Below are positions 16,718-24,577 of a stretch of 32,000 nt of DNA, in pieces; position 1 is the stretch's first letter; the number at the start of each line of letters is the position of its first letter. This stretch comes from Desulfocapsa sulfexigens DSM 10523 (GTDB lineage Bacteria; Desulfobacterota; Desulfobulbia; Desulfobulbales; Desulfocapsaceae). Position numbers and translations under genes: made by a program. The stretch is from contig NC_020304.1 in NCBI RefSeq assembly GCF_000341395.1, forward strand, positions 2,880,001 through 2,912,000, given 5' to 3'. The notes beneath the pieces were generated by a model, which was given only the letters and a program-made list of their open reading frames with translations, was not told the DNA's origin and did not search any database.

Positions 16718-18595
16718 ATGGAATACGACGCCAATTGGAAAGAAACCTATAAAGACATGATTAAAACCCCAAAACGGGCTTTGTCACTGTTGAAATCAGG
16801 TCATCGGGTTTTTATTGGAACCGGCTGCGGAGAGCCCACGGTACTCGTTGAGGCAATGACACGAATTGCAGGGAATCTTGCAGATGTGGAAATTGTAGAA
16901 CTCTTAACCAAAGGAAATGCCCCCTATGCCGAGAAAAAATTTGCCAACTGTTTTAAAATCAACTCACTTTTTATAGGCCACAATGTACGCGAGGTAATCA
17001 AAGAAGGACGCGGAGACTATACACCTGTTCTTATGTCCGACATCCCACGTCTTTTTAATTCTGGTCAGTTGCCTCTTGATGTGGCTCTTATTCAGGTTAC
17101 TCCTCCTGACTCCCGAGGAAAAATGAGCCTGGGAGTATCCGTTGACATTGTAAAAAGTGCTGCTGAAAATGCATCTCTTGTTATAGCTCAGGTCAATCCG
17201 CAAATGCCCTGGACCCGCGGTGACAGCCTTATAGATGTCTATGACCTTGATATTCTGGTGCCAGCCGATGTTCCTCTTCTTGAACGTAAATCCAAACCAC
17301 CTCATCCAATCAGTTTGAAAATTGCAGAGTTTGTCGCCGGTCTTGTGCCAAGCGGGTCCACTGTAGAGTTTGGACTTGGGAGGATTCCAGGTGTTGGCCG
17401 TATCCCGCAGGCCGTTATAGGTGCCTTGAAGGACAAGCATGATATTGGCATCCATACAGAACTTATCACCGATGACATTCTCGATTTAATACGGAGTGGG
17501 GTAGTAAGCGGCAATAGGAAATCCACGGATCGGGGCAAAATTGTGGCTAGTTTTTGTATGGGAAGCAGGGAGCTTTACGACTTTATAGATGACAATCCAT
17601 TGTTCTCCTTTCGCCCTACGGAATATGTGAATGATTCAAACATTATTGGCAAGCAGAATCGGATGGTATCCGTGAACATGGCCCTGCAGATTGACCTCAC
17701 GGGGCAGGTGTGTTCAGATTCGGAAGATGGCTTTTTCTATTCTGGAGTCGGAGGACAGGTTGACTTTAACCGTGGTGCTTCTCGCTCCGAAGGAGGGCGT
17801 GCCATTATCACAATTCCATCCACAACAAGTGACGGAGAGTCGCGGATCAGGGTGCATTTGAGCCCGGGTGCCGGTGTTGTTGTGAGCAGGGCGACGGTTC
17901 ATTACATTGTGAGTGAGTATGGAGTGGCCTATCTTCATGGAAAATCTGTTCAGGATCGAACCCTTGCTCTTATCTCCATTGCCCATCCTGATCATCGTGA
18001 ACAGCTATTAAAGGATGCTATTGAAGCCAGGTATATCCGTCAGGATTTTGTGGATGTTGAAGGAAAATTTGTTGTTGCCCCACAGGGTATGATGAAAGCC
18101 ACTTATCTGATGGATAACGGGACAGAATTGTATTTCAGGCCCATTCATCCAACCGATGAACCATTGATGCGCGATCTTCTCTATGATCTTTCCCAGGAAA
18201 CTCTGTACTACAGATTTATGAGTCATAATCAGCATTTCGGGCATAAAGAAATTCAAAATTTTGTCTATGTTGATCATCGTAAGGATGTTGCCATTGTTGG
18301 AACATTGCCAGAGGCCCATGGAGATGATATCGTCGCCGTTGGCAGGTATTACCTGGATGAAAGAAGCAACAGGGCTGAAGTTGCCTTTGTTATCCGGGAC
18401 GAATGGCAGAATAAGGGGTTGGGAACATTTATGTTTAAACATCTTATTACCCTCGCGAAGGCGAGTGGTATTGCCGGGTTCACTGCAGAAGTCTTACGTG
18501 ATAATAAGCGGATGCAGGCGATATTTAATCACTCCGGGTATAAGGTCCAAAGTGCAGTTGAAGAAGGTGTTTATAGCTTTCGGATTGAATTTTAA
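16718..18595 (+). CDS. Acetyl-CoA hydrolase/CoA-transferase fused to a C-terminal GNAT acetyltransferase
   Basis: The N-terminal CoA-transferase region includes VEFGLGRIPGVGRIPQAV and GIHTELITDDILDLI. The C-terminus includes YFRPIHPTDEPLMRDLL and WQNKGLGTFMFKHLITLAKASG..NKRMQAIFNHSGY (GNAT). The start at 16718 has GAGGG upstream; the track start is 16694. Confidence 0.92.
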   Translation: MEYDANWKETYKDMIKTPKRALSLLKSGHRVFIGTGCGEPTVLVEAMTRIAGNLADVEIVELLTKGNAPYAEKKFANCFKINSLFIGHNVREVIKEGRGDYTPVLMSDIPRLFNSGQLPLDVALIQVTPPDSRGKMSLGVSVDIVKSAAENASLVIAQVNPQMPWTRGDSLIDVYDLDILVPADVPLLERKSKPPHPISLKIAEFVAGLVPSGSTVEFGLGRIPGVGRIPQAVIGALKDKHDIGIHTELITDDILDLIRSGVVSGNRKSTDRGKIVASFCMGSRELYDFIDDNPLFSFRPTEYVNDSNIIGKQNRMVSVNMALQIDLTGQVCSDSEDGFFYSGVGGQVDFNRGASRSEGGRAIITIPSTTSDGESRIRVHLSPGAGVVVSRATVHYIVSEYGVAYLHGKSVQDRTLALISIAHPDHREQLLKDAIEARYIRQDFVDVEGKFVVAPQGMMKATYLMDNGTELYFRPIHPTDEPLMRDLLYDLSQETLYYRFMSHNQHFGHKEIQNFVYVDHRKDVAIVGTLPEAHGDDIVAVGRYYLDERSNRAEVAFVIRDEWQNKGLGTFMFKHLITLAKASGIAGFTAEVLRDNKRMQAIFNHSGYKVQSAVEEGVYSFRIEF

Positions 18596-18673
18596 TAAGG
18601 GTCTATCAGGCTTGCTCCGACAAAATCGAATAACTGGACTTCTTATTACTCACATTTTCTCTGTGGATAAAAT

Positions 18674-19102
18674 ATGGACATTAGCCTGACAACTCCAGCA
18701 TTACTGTTTCCCGCCGTCACATTTCTGCTGGTCGCTTACACCAATCGTTTTCTTGCACTTGGTTCGCGTATCCGTCAACTGCACGATCGATATTTGGAAA
18801 ACCCCAATGATGTTCTTCTTTCTCAGATAAAGAGCCTGCGACATCGAGTGGTACTTATTCGTAATATGCAGTTTTTTGGTGTTGGGGGATTGTTTCTTTG
18901 TGTGTTCTGTATGTTTCTTCTTTTTGCAGGTAATGAACTGGGTGGGAAAATAACTTTTGCTATCAGTTTGATAATGTTACTTGTTTCTCTTGCTATATCC
19001 CTGCGGGAAATCCTGTTGTCGGTGGAGGCTTTGAATCTGGAACTGAGCAGTATGGAGCAGAGTAAACACTCAGGTAAAGAGAAGTTGCATGTAAAACAAT
19101 AA
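18674..19102 (+). CDS. DUF2721-like membrane protein
   Basis: PALLFPAVTFLLVAYTNRFLALGSRIRQLHDRY start plus two C-terminal transmembrane segments. Confidence 0.75.
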   Translation: MDISLTTPALLFPAVTFLLVAYTNRFLALGSRIRQLHDRYLENPNDVLLSQIKSLRHRVVLIRNMQFFGVGGLFLCVFCMFLLFAGNELGGKITFAISLIMLLVSLAISLREILLSVEALNLELSSMEQSKHSGKEKLHVKQ

Positions 19103-19131
19103 CGCTGAGGGGGAAGTGATAAAGGATGCTG

Positions 19132-19629
19132 TTACTGTTTTGGCGAACGGACGGGTAAGGCTCGTCTGTTGCCCCCCGTTCCCCTTTTTAATCTTTTTGT
19201 GACTCCATAGTTAAATCCAAATGCTATGGCCTTGTTGTCCGAGGTTCGTCTGTCGGTCCAGACGTAGGGGGCGCTGATGTTGATTGTTTGTGTCACAACA
19301 TCAATAGACCCTGAATAGTCCTGCCCCTGCACTTTCTTTCCATTACCATAGAGTGATTTGAGCTCGCTGGATGCAGGCATTCTCCAGTCATTGTGCCCGC
19401 CAACTGCAAAGTTTTTGCAATACTCTACGGCCCCGGACCAGTTAATGCTTGAACCGTTGTCGGTTGCAGCCCATATAAGGCCGGTTTTTTCATCCCGTAC
19501 TGTTCCATCGGATAGGGTCTTGAATCGGACATCTGCTGCTCTTGCATTAAAAATAAGAAGGCAGAGCAGGAGATAAAAAAAGGCGCCGGTGATGGATGCT
19601 TTTCTGAGTAGACAGTTGGTACTATTCAT
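19132..19629 (-). CDS. Secreted DUF1566 (Lcl C-terminal)-like protein
   Basis: Signal peptide, then VRDEKTGLIWAA..W..AVEYCKN..GGHNDWRMPASSELKSL. The start at 19629 is preferred over 19671. Confidence 0.8.
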   Translation of the reverse strand: MNSTNCLLRKASITGAFFYLLLCLLIFNARAADVRFKTLSDGTVRDEKTGLIWAATDNGSSINWSGAVEYCKNFAVGGHNDWRMPASSELKSLYGNGKKVQGQDYSGSIDVVTQTINISAPYVWTDRRTSDNKAIAFGFNYGVTKRLKRGTGGNRRALPVRSPKQ

Positions 19630-21223
19630 TGTTCTCTTTTTCCTGTGGTGGAGTAGTGTCAATCTTTCCAAGCGATAGTGGCGGACTCCAGGTTAGCCAC
19701 TTGTCATTCGGATCCCTGTGAAGAACAAAATGTTTGCCGTTGGCAACACGATTTCCCATGTCATCCTTGTCAGGTGTGGAAAAGGAAATGCCACCGCCGA
19801 TAATTGCTGCAACAGATTCTGTGCTGATCCGCATTTCAGTCATAAGTCCTCCTTTAATGCGAAACCCGGTACTGTTCCAGAATTTGGTGTTTTCCCGGAC
19901 AAGATTTACGTAGGGCTCGTGAATGTTGACGTAAATGAGAACATTTTGGCCAGTGGGGGAGAGTTCGTAGCCCGTTGTGTGGCCAACCTGTACCTGACGA
20001 TAATAGACAGGCTTGTTATAGCCAAGAGATCCAAGTCGATCCGTTTCAAGTACCAGATTCAGGCCCGTATTGTCTGTAATATTTACGGGGCGACTGTTAT
20101 GTACTTCAAAGGTACGCGCACTCTTGCCTGTACCTGGAAGAATATTGACGTATGCCCCTTTTATAAGGGTATCAAGATTGGATATTCCTTCGGCGTTAAA
20201 GCGTGCATTTACCGTCCAGAAATAAGCATCTGCACCGAGCAGTGCCTCCATTGATTTGTCGATGTAGGCTGTTGCGTTGACAGTTCGCAAATCACTCTTC
20301 ATTTCAATGTCAGTGATATGACCGATTTTTATACCATTAAAACGGATTTCAGCATCAGGCTGCAGACCATGATCTGCAGAAAAGGTGAGGTGTATTTTAA
20401 TGTCATCTGCCCGAAGGGCATCGTCCATACTGTCGTAGAGTAGAAAAATATTTTTGCTGTCAACTTTTTCACCACCAGTCGGAGTGAAAAAGCTGATGCC
20501 GCCACGTAAAATGCTTTTTATGGAATCCACCTCCATAGAGATTTTGGGGAGATTTGCCTGGAAACGGATACCGCTACTGATAAAAAATCTAGAAAATGAA
20601 GTTACGTGGCCAACATATTGAGGATGGATGAGAAGTTTTGTTTCAATGGTGCCATCGGGTAACAGTCTGTTGGATACAATTTCTCCAACAGCAATTTTTT
20701 TAAAAGAAACAGGAGAGCCAGCTTCCAATGAAACAGAATCTTTATTATGTAGGGTTAAATGAAGTCCAGGAACCCGCATGGAAATAGGAGGAGGGTCTGG
20801 CAGGGCTGTAAATGAATCAGTCTGCTCCGTAGAATTTCCCGGTTGTACTTCAAAGTAACTGCCTTTAATCAGGGTATCCAGGCCTGTGATGCGGTTCATT
20901 GAGATTTCAGGACGAACAACCCAGAAGAGGGTATCTTTGGTTAATTTTTCTCTTGCCTGTTTAACCATCTCTATTTCTGCATTGATGTGTTTCAAATCGG
21001 GACTCACGGTAAAACCTTTAAGCGTTCCCACCGGTAGCCCTTTGAAAAATACCTGAGTTTTTCCCTCCGTGAGCCCATTGGCGTCTTTTATGGCGACGGT
21101 TATCATAATGCCCGATTCCTGATAATCCTTATAGATCAGATAGGCACCGATAAGAATTGCAACCAGTGGAAGTATCCAGATGGGTGAAATTCCGATTTTT
21201 GGTTTTATAATTGGGGTTTCCAT
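19622..21223 (-). CDS. pqiB: Paraquat-inducible protein B (MCE-domain) homologue
   Basis: N-terminal transmembrane segment then three MCE-like repeats (VAIKDANGLTEGKTQVFFKGLPVGTLKGF; IHLTFSADHGLQPDAEIRFNGIKIGHITDIEM; LVLETDRLGSLGYNKPVYYRQVQVGHTTGYEL). Confidence 0.9.
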   Translation of the reverse strand: METPIIKPKIGISPIWILPLVAILIGAYLIYKDYQESGIMITVAIKDANGLTEGKTQVFFKGLPVGTLKGFTVSPDLKHINAEIEMVKQAREKLTKDTLFWVVRPEISMNRITGLDTLIKGSYFEVQPGNSTEQTDSFTALPDPPPISMRVPGLHLTLHNKDSVSLEAGSPVSFKKIAVGEIVSNRLLPDGTIETKLLIHPQYVGHVTSFSRFFISSGIRFQANLPKISMEVDSIKSILRGGISFFTPTGGEKVDSKNIFLLYDSMDDALRADDIKIHLTFSADHGLQPDAEIRFNGIKIGHITDIEMKSDLRTVNATAYIDKSMEALLGADAYFWTVNARFNAEGISNLDTLIKGAYVNILPGTGKSARTFEVHNSRPVNITDNTGLNLVLETDRLGSLGYNKPVYYRQVQVGHTTGYELSPTGQNVLIYVNIHEPYVNLVRENTKFWNSTGFRIKGGLMTEMRISTESVAAIIGGGISFSTPDKDDMGNRVANGKHFVLHRDPNDKWLTWSPPLSLGKIDTTPPQEKENNE

Positions 21224-21269
21224 AATAGTGTTTTCTGTTAAACGAATTGGGTGATGATGTTAATAACTT

Positions 21270-21893
21270 CTAATTGGCATCCCAGAGGAGACGCGAGTCA
21301 AATGTGAGAGCTGCACTCATGGTACAAACCACAACGGCGGAAAAATATGTTACAGCGGGAGCGGCAATGGTTGAGGTGAACCCTCCAAAGCTTACCAGCG
21401 TTGACATAAGGGCGATGACAAAAATGTCGAGCATGGACCAGCGGCCGATAAATTCTATGAAACGAAACATGGCAATCTTGTGTCGCAATCCTCTTTTCCA
21501 CTTAAAGTGTATTGAGAGCAGGATAATAATCATGCCAATGATCTTAAAGGTAGGCACCAGCACGGAGGCAGTAAAAATGATAAGTCCAATAAAATATTCA
21601 TCCTCGTGAAAAAAGTAGACGATACCGTCCATTATGGTGGAGGATTCCATGGTACCCAGGAAATTAACTCGCATGATAGGTAGCAGGTTTGCCGGGATGA
21701 AGAGGAGTATGGAGGTGATGATCAGGGCCCATACCCGCGTTAAGGAGTGTGGTTTGCGGAAATGGATTTCAGCATTACATCTGGGACAGGTGAGAACTTC
21801 GTTTTTTACAGTTTCTCTGGTCTTGAGTAACTTTCCGCAGTCGTGACAGGACATCAGTCCGGCTTTCATGGCAGTGGCTTTAAATGGCATCAT
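21270..21893 (-). CDS. pqiA: Paraquat-inducible protein A-domain membrane protein
   Basis: CHDCGKLL..CPRCNAEIHFRKPHSLTRVWALIITSILLFIPANLLPIM. The start at 21893 is preferred over 21974. Confidence 0.88.
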   Translation of the reverse strand: MMPFKATAMKAGLMSCHDCGKLLKTRETVKNEVLTCPRCNAEIHFRKPHSLTRVWALIITSILLFIPANLLPIMRVNFLGTMESSTIMDGIVYFFHEDEYFIGLIIFTASVLVPTFKIIGMIIILLSIHFKWKRGLRHKIAMFRFIEFIGRWSMLDIFVIALMSTLVSFGGFTSTIAAPAVTYFSAVVVCTMSAALTFDSRLLWDAN

Positions 21894-22524
21894 CCATATC
21901 CCGGCTGGAATCGGATCTGATTTGTTCGATATTTTTCCAGAATGTGTCGGGATCCAAAGCTGAGGTAGATGCACGGGTCATAAAAACTAGAAAAACAAAA
22001 CAGAAGAAGCCAATGTTGTAGTCAATGCTGGCAACGCTGATGATCTTGATAATACTGACAAGGAGTGCAATGAGATAGACATCGGGCATACCCCATTCAT
22101 CCATGTGAAGAGCTGTACGGAAAAGAAAGGGGAGTGAACGGCTATAGCGCTGTGTCTTTAATTGCAGGGAAACGGAAAAAAGCAGGCTTAGATTCAGGAG
22201 CGGAAAAAAAACGGAAGTGATAAAAACGAGAACGGCTACAAAATAGTATTTTTGATGGTAAAAGCTCAGGAAAGCATCAAAAATGGAGCCATTTTGAGAC
22301 ATTCCCATTGAGTGTAAGGTAAGAAGAGGCAGGAAGATAGCTGGTATATAGGCAAGAAGGCCACTGATACTGATAGCAAGTACTTTGGTGATTGAATTTA
22401 CTTTTTTATGAAGGAGTACAGTGTTGCAACGGGGACAAAAGAGTTTCTTACCGGGGTGGGCTTCAATCTTTTTAAGAAGCAGATCACATCCGGGACAGGC
22501 TATAATAGTAGTGGTTGCAGTCAT
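21880..22524 (-). CDS. pqiA: Paraquat-inducible protein A-domain membrane protein
   Basis: CPGCDLLLKK..CPRCNTVLLHKKVNSITKVLAISISGLLAYIPAIFLPLLTL. It is followed directly by a second pqiA and then pqiB. Confidence 0.88.
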   Translation of the reverse strand: MTATTTIIACPGCDLLLKKIEAHPGKKLFCPRCNTVLLHKKVNSITKVLAISISGLLAYIPAIFLPLLTLHSMGMSQNGSIFDAFLSFYHQKYYFVAVLVFITSVFFPLLNLSLLFSVSLQLKTQRYSRSLPFLFRTALHMDEWGMPDVYLIALLVSIIKIISVASIDYNIGFFCFVFLVFMTRASTSALDPDTFWKNIEQIRSDSSRDMDDAI

Positions 22525-22724
22525 AAGCTTTACACGGGATCCATATAAATAAGTTCCTGAAAGAATAGCATATTCAAAGCTAAATCTGAAAGAAATATTT
22601 AATCAAATGTCTAATTTTACCAAATAGGGTATATGTTTGATTGACTAGGAAAAAAAGATCTATCGAGCCTGGGACGAGATGGATATCATGTATATTAGTA
22701 AGTGGATTGGTAAAAGAGATCGGT

Positions 22725-23387
22725 ATGATTATACAACAGACAAGCTGTAAACAGTGTGGAATTTGCTGCACTAAAGGAGGGCCGGCACTCCACGGGGCGG
22801 ATATTGATCTCTTGCGGCAGGGATCTATTCCACGAAAGAATCTTATCACCATCCGCAAGGGCGAGTTTGCCTATAATCCTGTCGCAGAGATGGTGCAGGC
22901 TACTCAGTCTGAAATTGTGAAATTGAAAGGTAGTGGGGGAGATTGGACCTGCTGCTATTATGATCCTGAATCACAAGGTTGTAGCATCTACGATAATAGA
23001 CCTCTGGCCTGTGTAATTCTGCAGTGCTGGAATCCTGATGCAACTCTTGCCCTTGTTGAGAAAGATCTCCTTAGCCGCCTCGATATAGTATCAGGTGACA
23101 AGTTTCTAGTGAAATTGATAACAGAGTATGAACTTGCCTGTCCCTTACCCGATTGTGAAAAACTTTCCATTGACCTGCAAAATAACTCTGAATCAATGAT
23201 TGCAAATCTTGAAGATCTTGTGAATCGTGATCTTCAGTTCCGGAATAATGTTGTTGCCGGGTCGGATACAGTTTTAGACGAGGAGATGTTCCTCTTTGGC
23301 AGGCCATTGTTTCAAATAGTTCAGTCCTTTGGTTTACTGGTTTCTCAATATGAAAACCGTCTACGCTTGAAAATGAAGAAATTATAG
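22725..23387 (+). CDS. YkgJ/UPF0153-type CxxCxxCC metal-cluster protein
   Basis: SCKQCGICCTKGGPALHGADIDLL and YYDPESQGCSIYDNRPLACVILQC motifs. The ATG at 22725 is preferred over the track start at 22641. Confidence 0.85.
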   Translation: MIIQQTSCKQCGICCTKGGPALHGADIDLLRQGSIPRKNLITIRKGEFAYNPVAEMVQATQSEIVKLKGSGGDWTCCYYDPESQGCSIYDNRPLACVILQCWNPDATLALVEKDLLSRLDIVSGDKFLVKLITEYELACPLPDCEKLSIDLQNNSESMIANLEDLVNRDLQFRNNVVAGSDTVLDEEMFLFGRPLFQIVQSFGLLVSQYENRLRLKMKKL

Positions 23388-23398
23388 TGGGAATAGAA

Positions 23399-23620
23399 GT
23401 GAAAAATATAGGGATCGATTATAGGGGCGATTGCTGAAAAGGCTTCAAGGACGTGCGGGCACGTCTAGGCAAAATGGTTCGAGGCCATGAGTTTCAGTTT
23501 ATCTGTGCCAATGATATGGCAGGGAAGATGGATCGGGTCGTGCAAATTAATGGTGGGGTGGTTCGTTCCAAGGAACAGGGCGAAGATGGCACCATAATTA
23601 CTGTAATGAAGGCGGAATGA
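23399..23620 (+). CDS. Predicted selenoprotein: small TusA/SirA-like protein with a Cys-Sec (CU) pair
   Basis: GTG 23399 through the in-frame TGA at 23435-23437 to the TGA at 23618-23620 gives (V/M)KNIGIDYRGDCUKGFKDVRARLGKMVRGHEFQFICANDMAGKMDRVVQINGGVVRSKEQGEDGTIITVMKAE. The layout resembles TusA. It is absent from the ORF track and sits in an otherwise unexplained intergenic region. Confidence 0.8.
23450..23465 (+). promoter_or_regulatory. Candidate bacterial SECIS hairpin for the CU protein
   Basis: GACGUG-CGGG-CACGUC, a perfect 6-bp stem. The apical loop starts 18 nt after the UGA and has G at loop position 2. Confidence 0.75.
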
Positions 23621-23624
23621 AAAC

Positions 23625-23654
23625 AAAGAGGCAGCATGCAGATGCTGCCTCTTT
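23625..23654. terminator. Bidirectional terminator between convergent genes
   Basis: AAAGAGGCAGCAT-GCAG-ATGCTGCCTCTTT, a 13-bp perfect stem between the CU gene and the ferredoxin-like gene. Confidence 0.85.
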
Positions 23655-23683
23655 ATGACAATACATTCTTTTGTCAATTGGTT

Positions 23684-24430
23684 TTACCAGTTTTTACGAT
23701 CTATTACGGCACCCTGGGTGGAGAGAGTGACTTGTTCAACAGGAACGCTTTTTCCTGCACGCTCTATGGCCTGGCTGATGATACCGTTCATAGATGAACA
23801 GCAGGGAACTTCCATAATAAGAATGGTGAGGCTGTTGAGATTACAGGTGGCAATGATTTCACTGAATTTCTGAACATAGCTCTCTGCATCGTCAAATTTA
23901 GGACAACCCATCATTACAACTTTTCCGGTGAGGTAATCCAGCTGAAAATTTGGAGCGGAAACGGCGCAGCAATCGGCGGCAACCAATAAATCTGCACCCT
24001 GAAGGAATGGAGCTGTGGGAGGTATGAGGCGAATCTGTACCGGCCAGTGGGTAAGTGATGAGGCACCACCTCCAGCAGCCATTGCTATGGGTTTGTTGGC
24101 TGTCTGGCATGGCGTCTGGGGGGTAAAGGTCTGCAACCGCGCGGAAGGACATCCTGAAGTCTTTGGTTTATCTACAGCAGCTCTCTGTTTAGCCAGATGT
24201 TCTTCAACCGCCTCCTCATCAAAGTCTTCAGCTTCACGCTCGATGATTTTGAGTGCGCCGGTGGGGCATGATCCAAGACAGGCACCAAGACCGTCACAAA
24301 GCTTATCCGAGACCATCTTTGCTTTTCCGTCAATAATAACAAGAGAACCCTCCGCACAGTCAGGAACACAGAGACCGCAACCATTGCAAAGTTCTTCATC
24401 GATTTCAATAATTTTTCGCATAATTTTCAT
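23684..24430 (-). CDS. 4Fe-4S ferredoxin-like iron-sulfur protein
   Basis: ELCNGCGLCVPDCAEGSLVIIDGKAKMVSDKLCDGLGACLGSCPTGAL (two cluster motifs), with additional Cys-rich C-terminal regions (AADCC, GCPKFDD, VPCCSSMNG). GAGGAT RBS upstream of 24430. Confidence 0.85.
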   Translation of the reverse strand: MKIMRKIIEIDEELCNGCGLCVPDCAEGSLVIIDGKAKMVSDKLCDGLGACLGSCPTGALKIIEREAEDFDEEAVEEHLAKQRAAVDKPKTSGCPSARLQTFTPQTPCQTANKPIAMAAGGGASSLTHWPVQIRLIPPTAPFLQGADLLVAADCCAVSAPNFQLDYLTGKVVMMGCPKFDDAESYVQKFSEIIATCNLNSLTILIMEVPCCSSMNGIISQAIERAGKSVPVEQVTLSTQGAVIDRKNW

Positions 24431-24500
24431 AGTAGTATCCTCAAGAGTGAATGTCTTTTAAATCAAATTGTGCTACTAGTATAACATGTTATGGTACAAT

Positions 24501-24538
24501 CTCCTTGACTTGGGTCAAGGAGTTCTGTTTTTTTTGAA
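24501..24538 (+). promoter_or_regulatory. Perfect dyad CTCCTTGAC-ttgg-GTCAAGGAG followed by a T-rich tract
   Basis: A 9-bp perfect inverted repeat containing the FNR/CRP-like core TTGACttggGTCAA, between divergent genes. The following TTCTGTTTTTTTT could also make it a terminator. Confidence 0.6.
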
Positions 24539-24577
24539 TCATTTGTTATTCTTCTTTCTTTGGATGAAAAGAGGTGA

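Noticed and set aside
16964-18442. Minus-strand ORFs 16964..17455, 17302..17538, 17714..17995 and 18008..18442
   Set aside because: All lie antisense within the CoA-transferase/GNAT fusion gene and have no recognisable domains.
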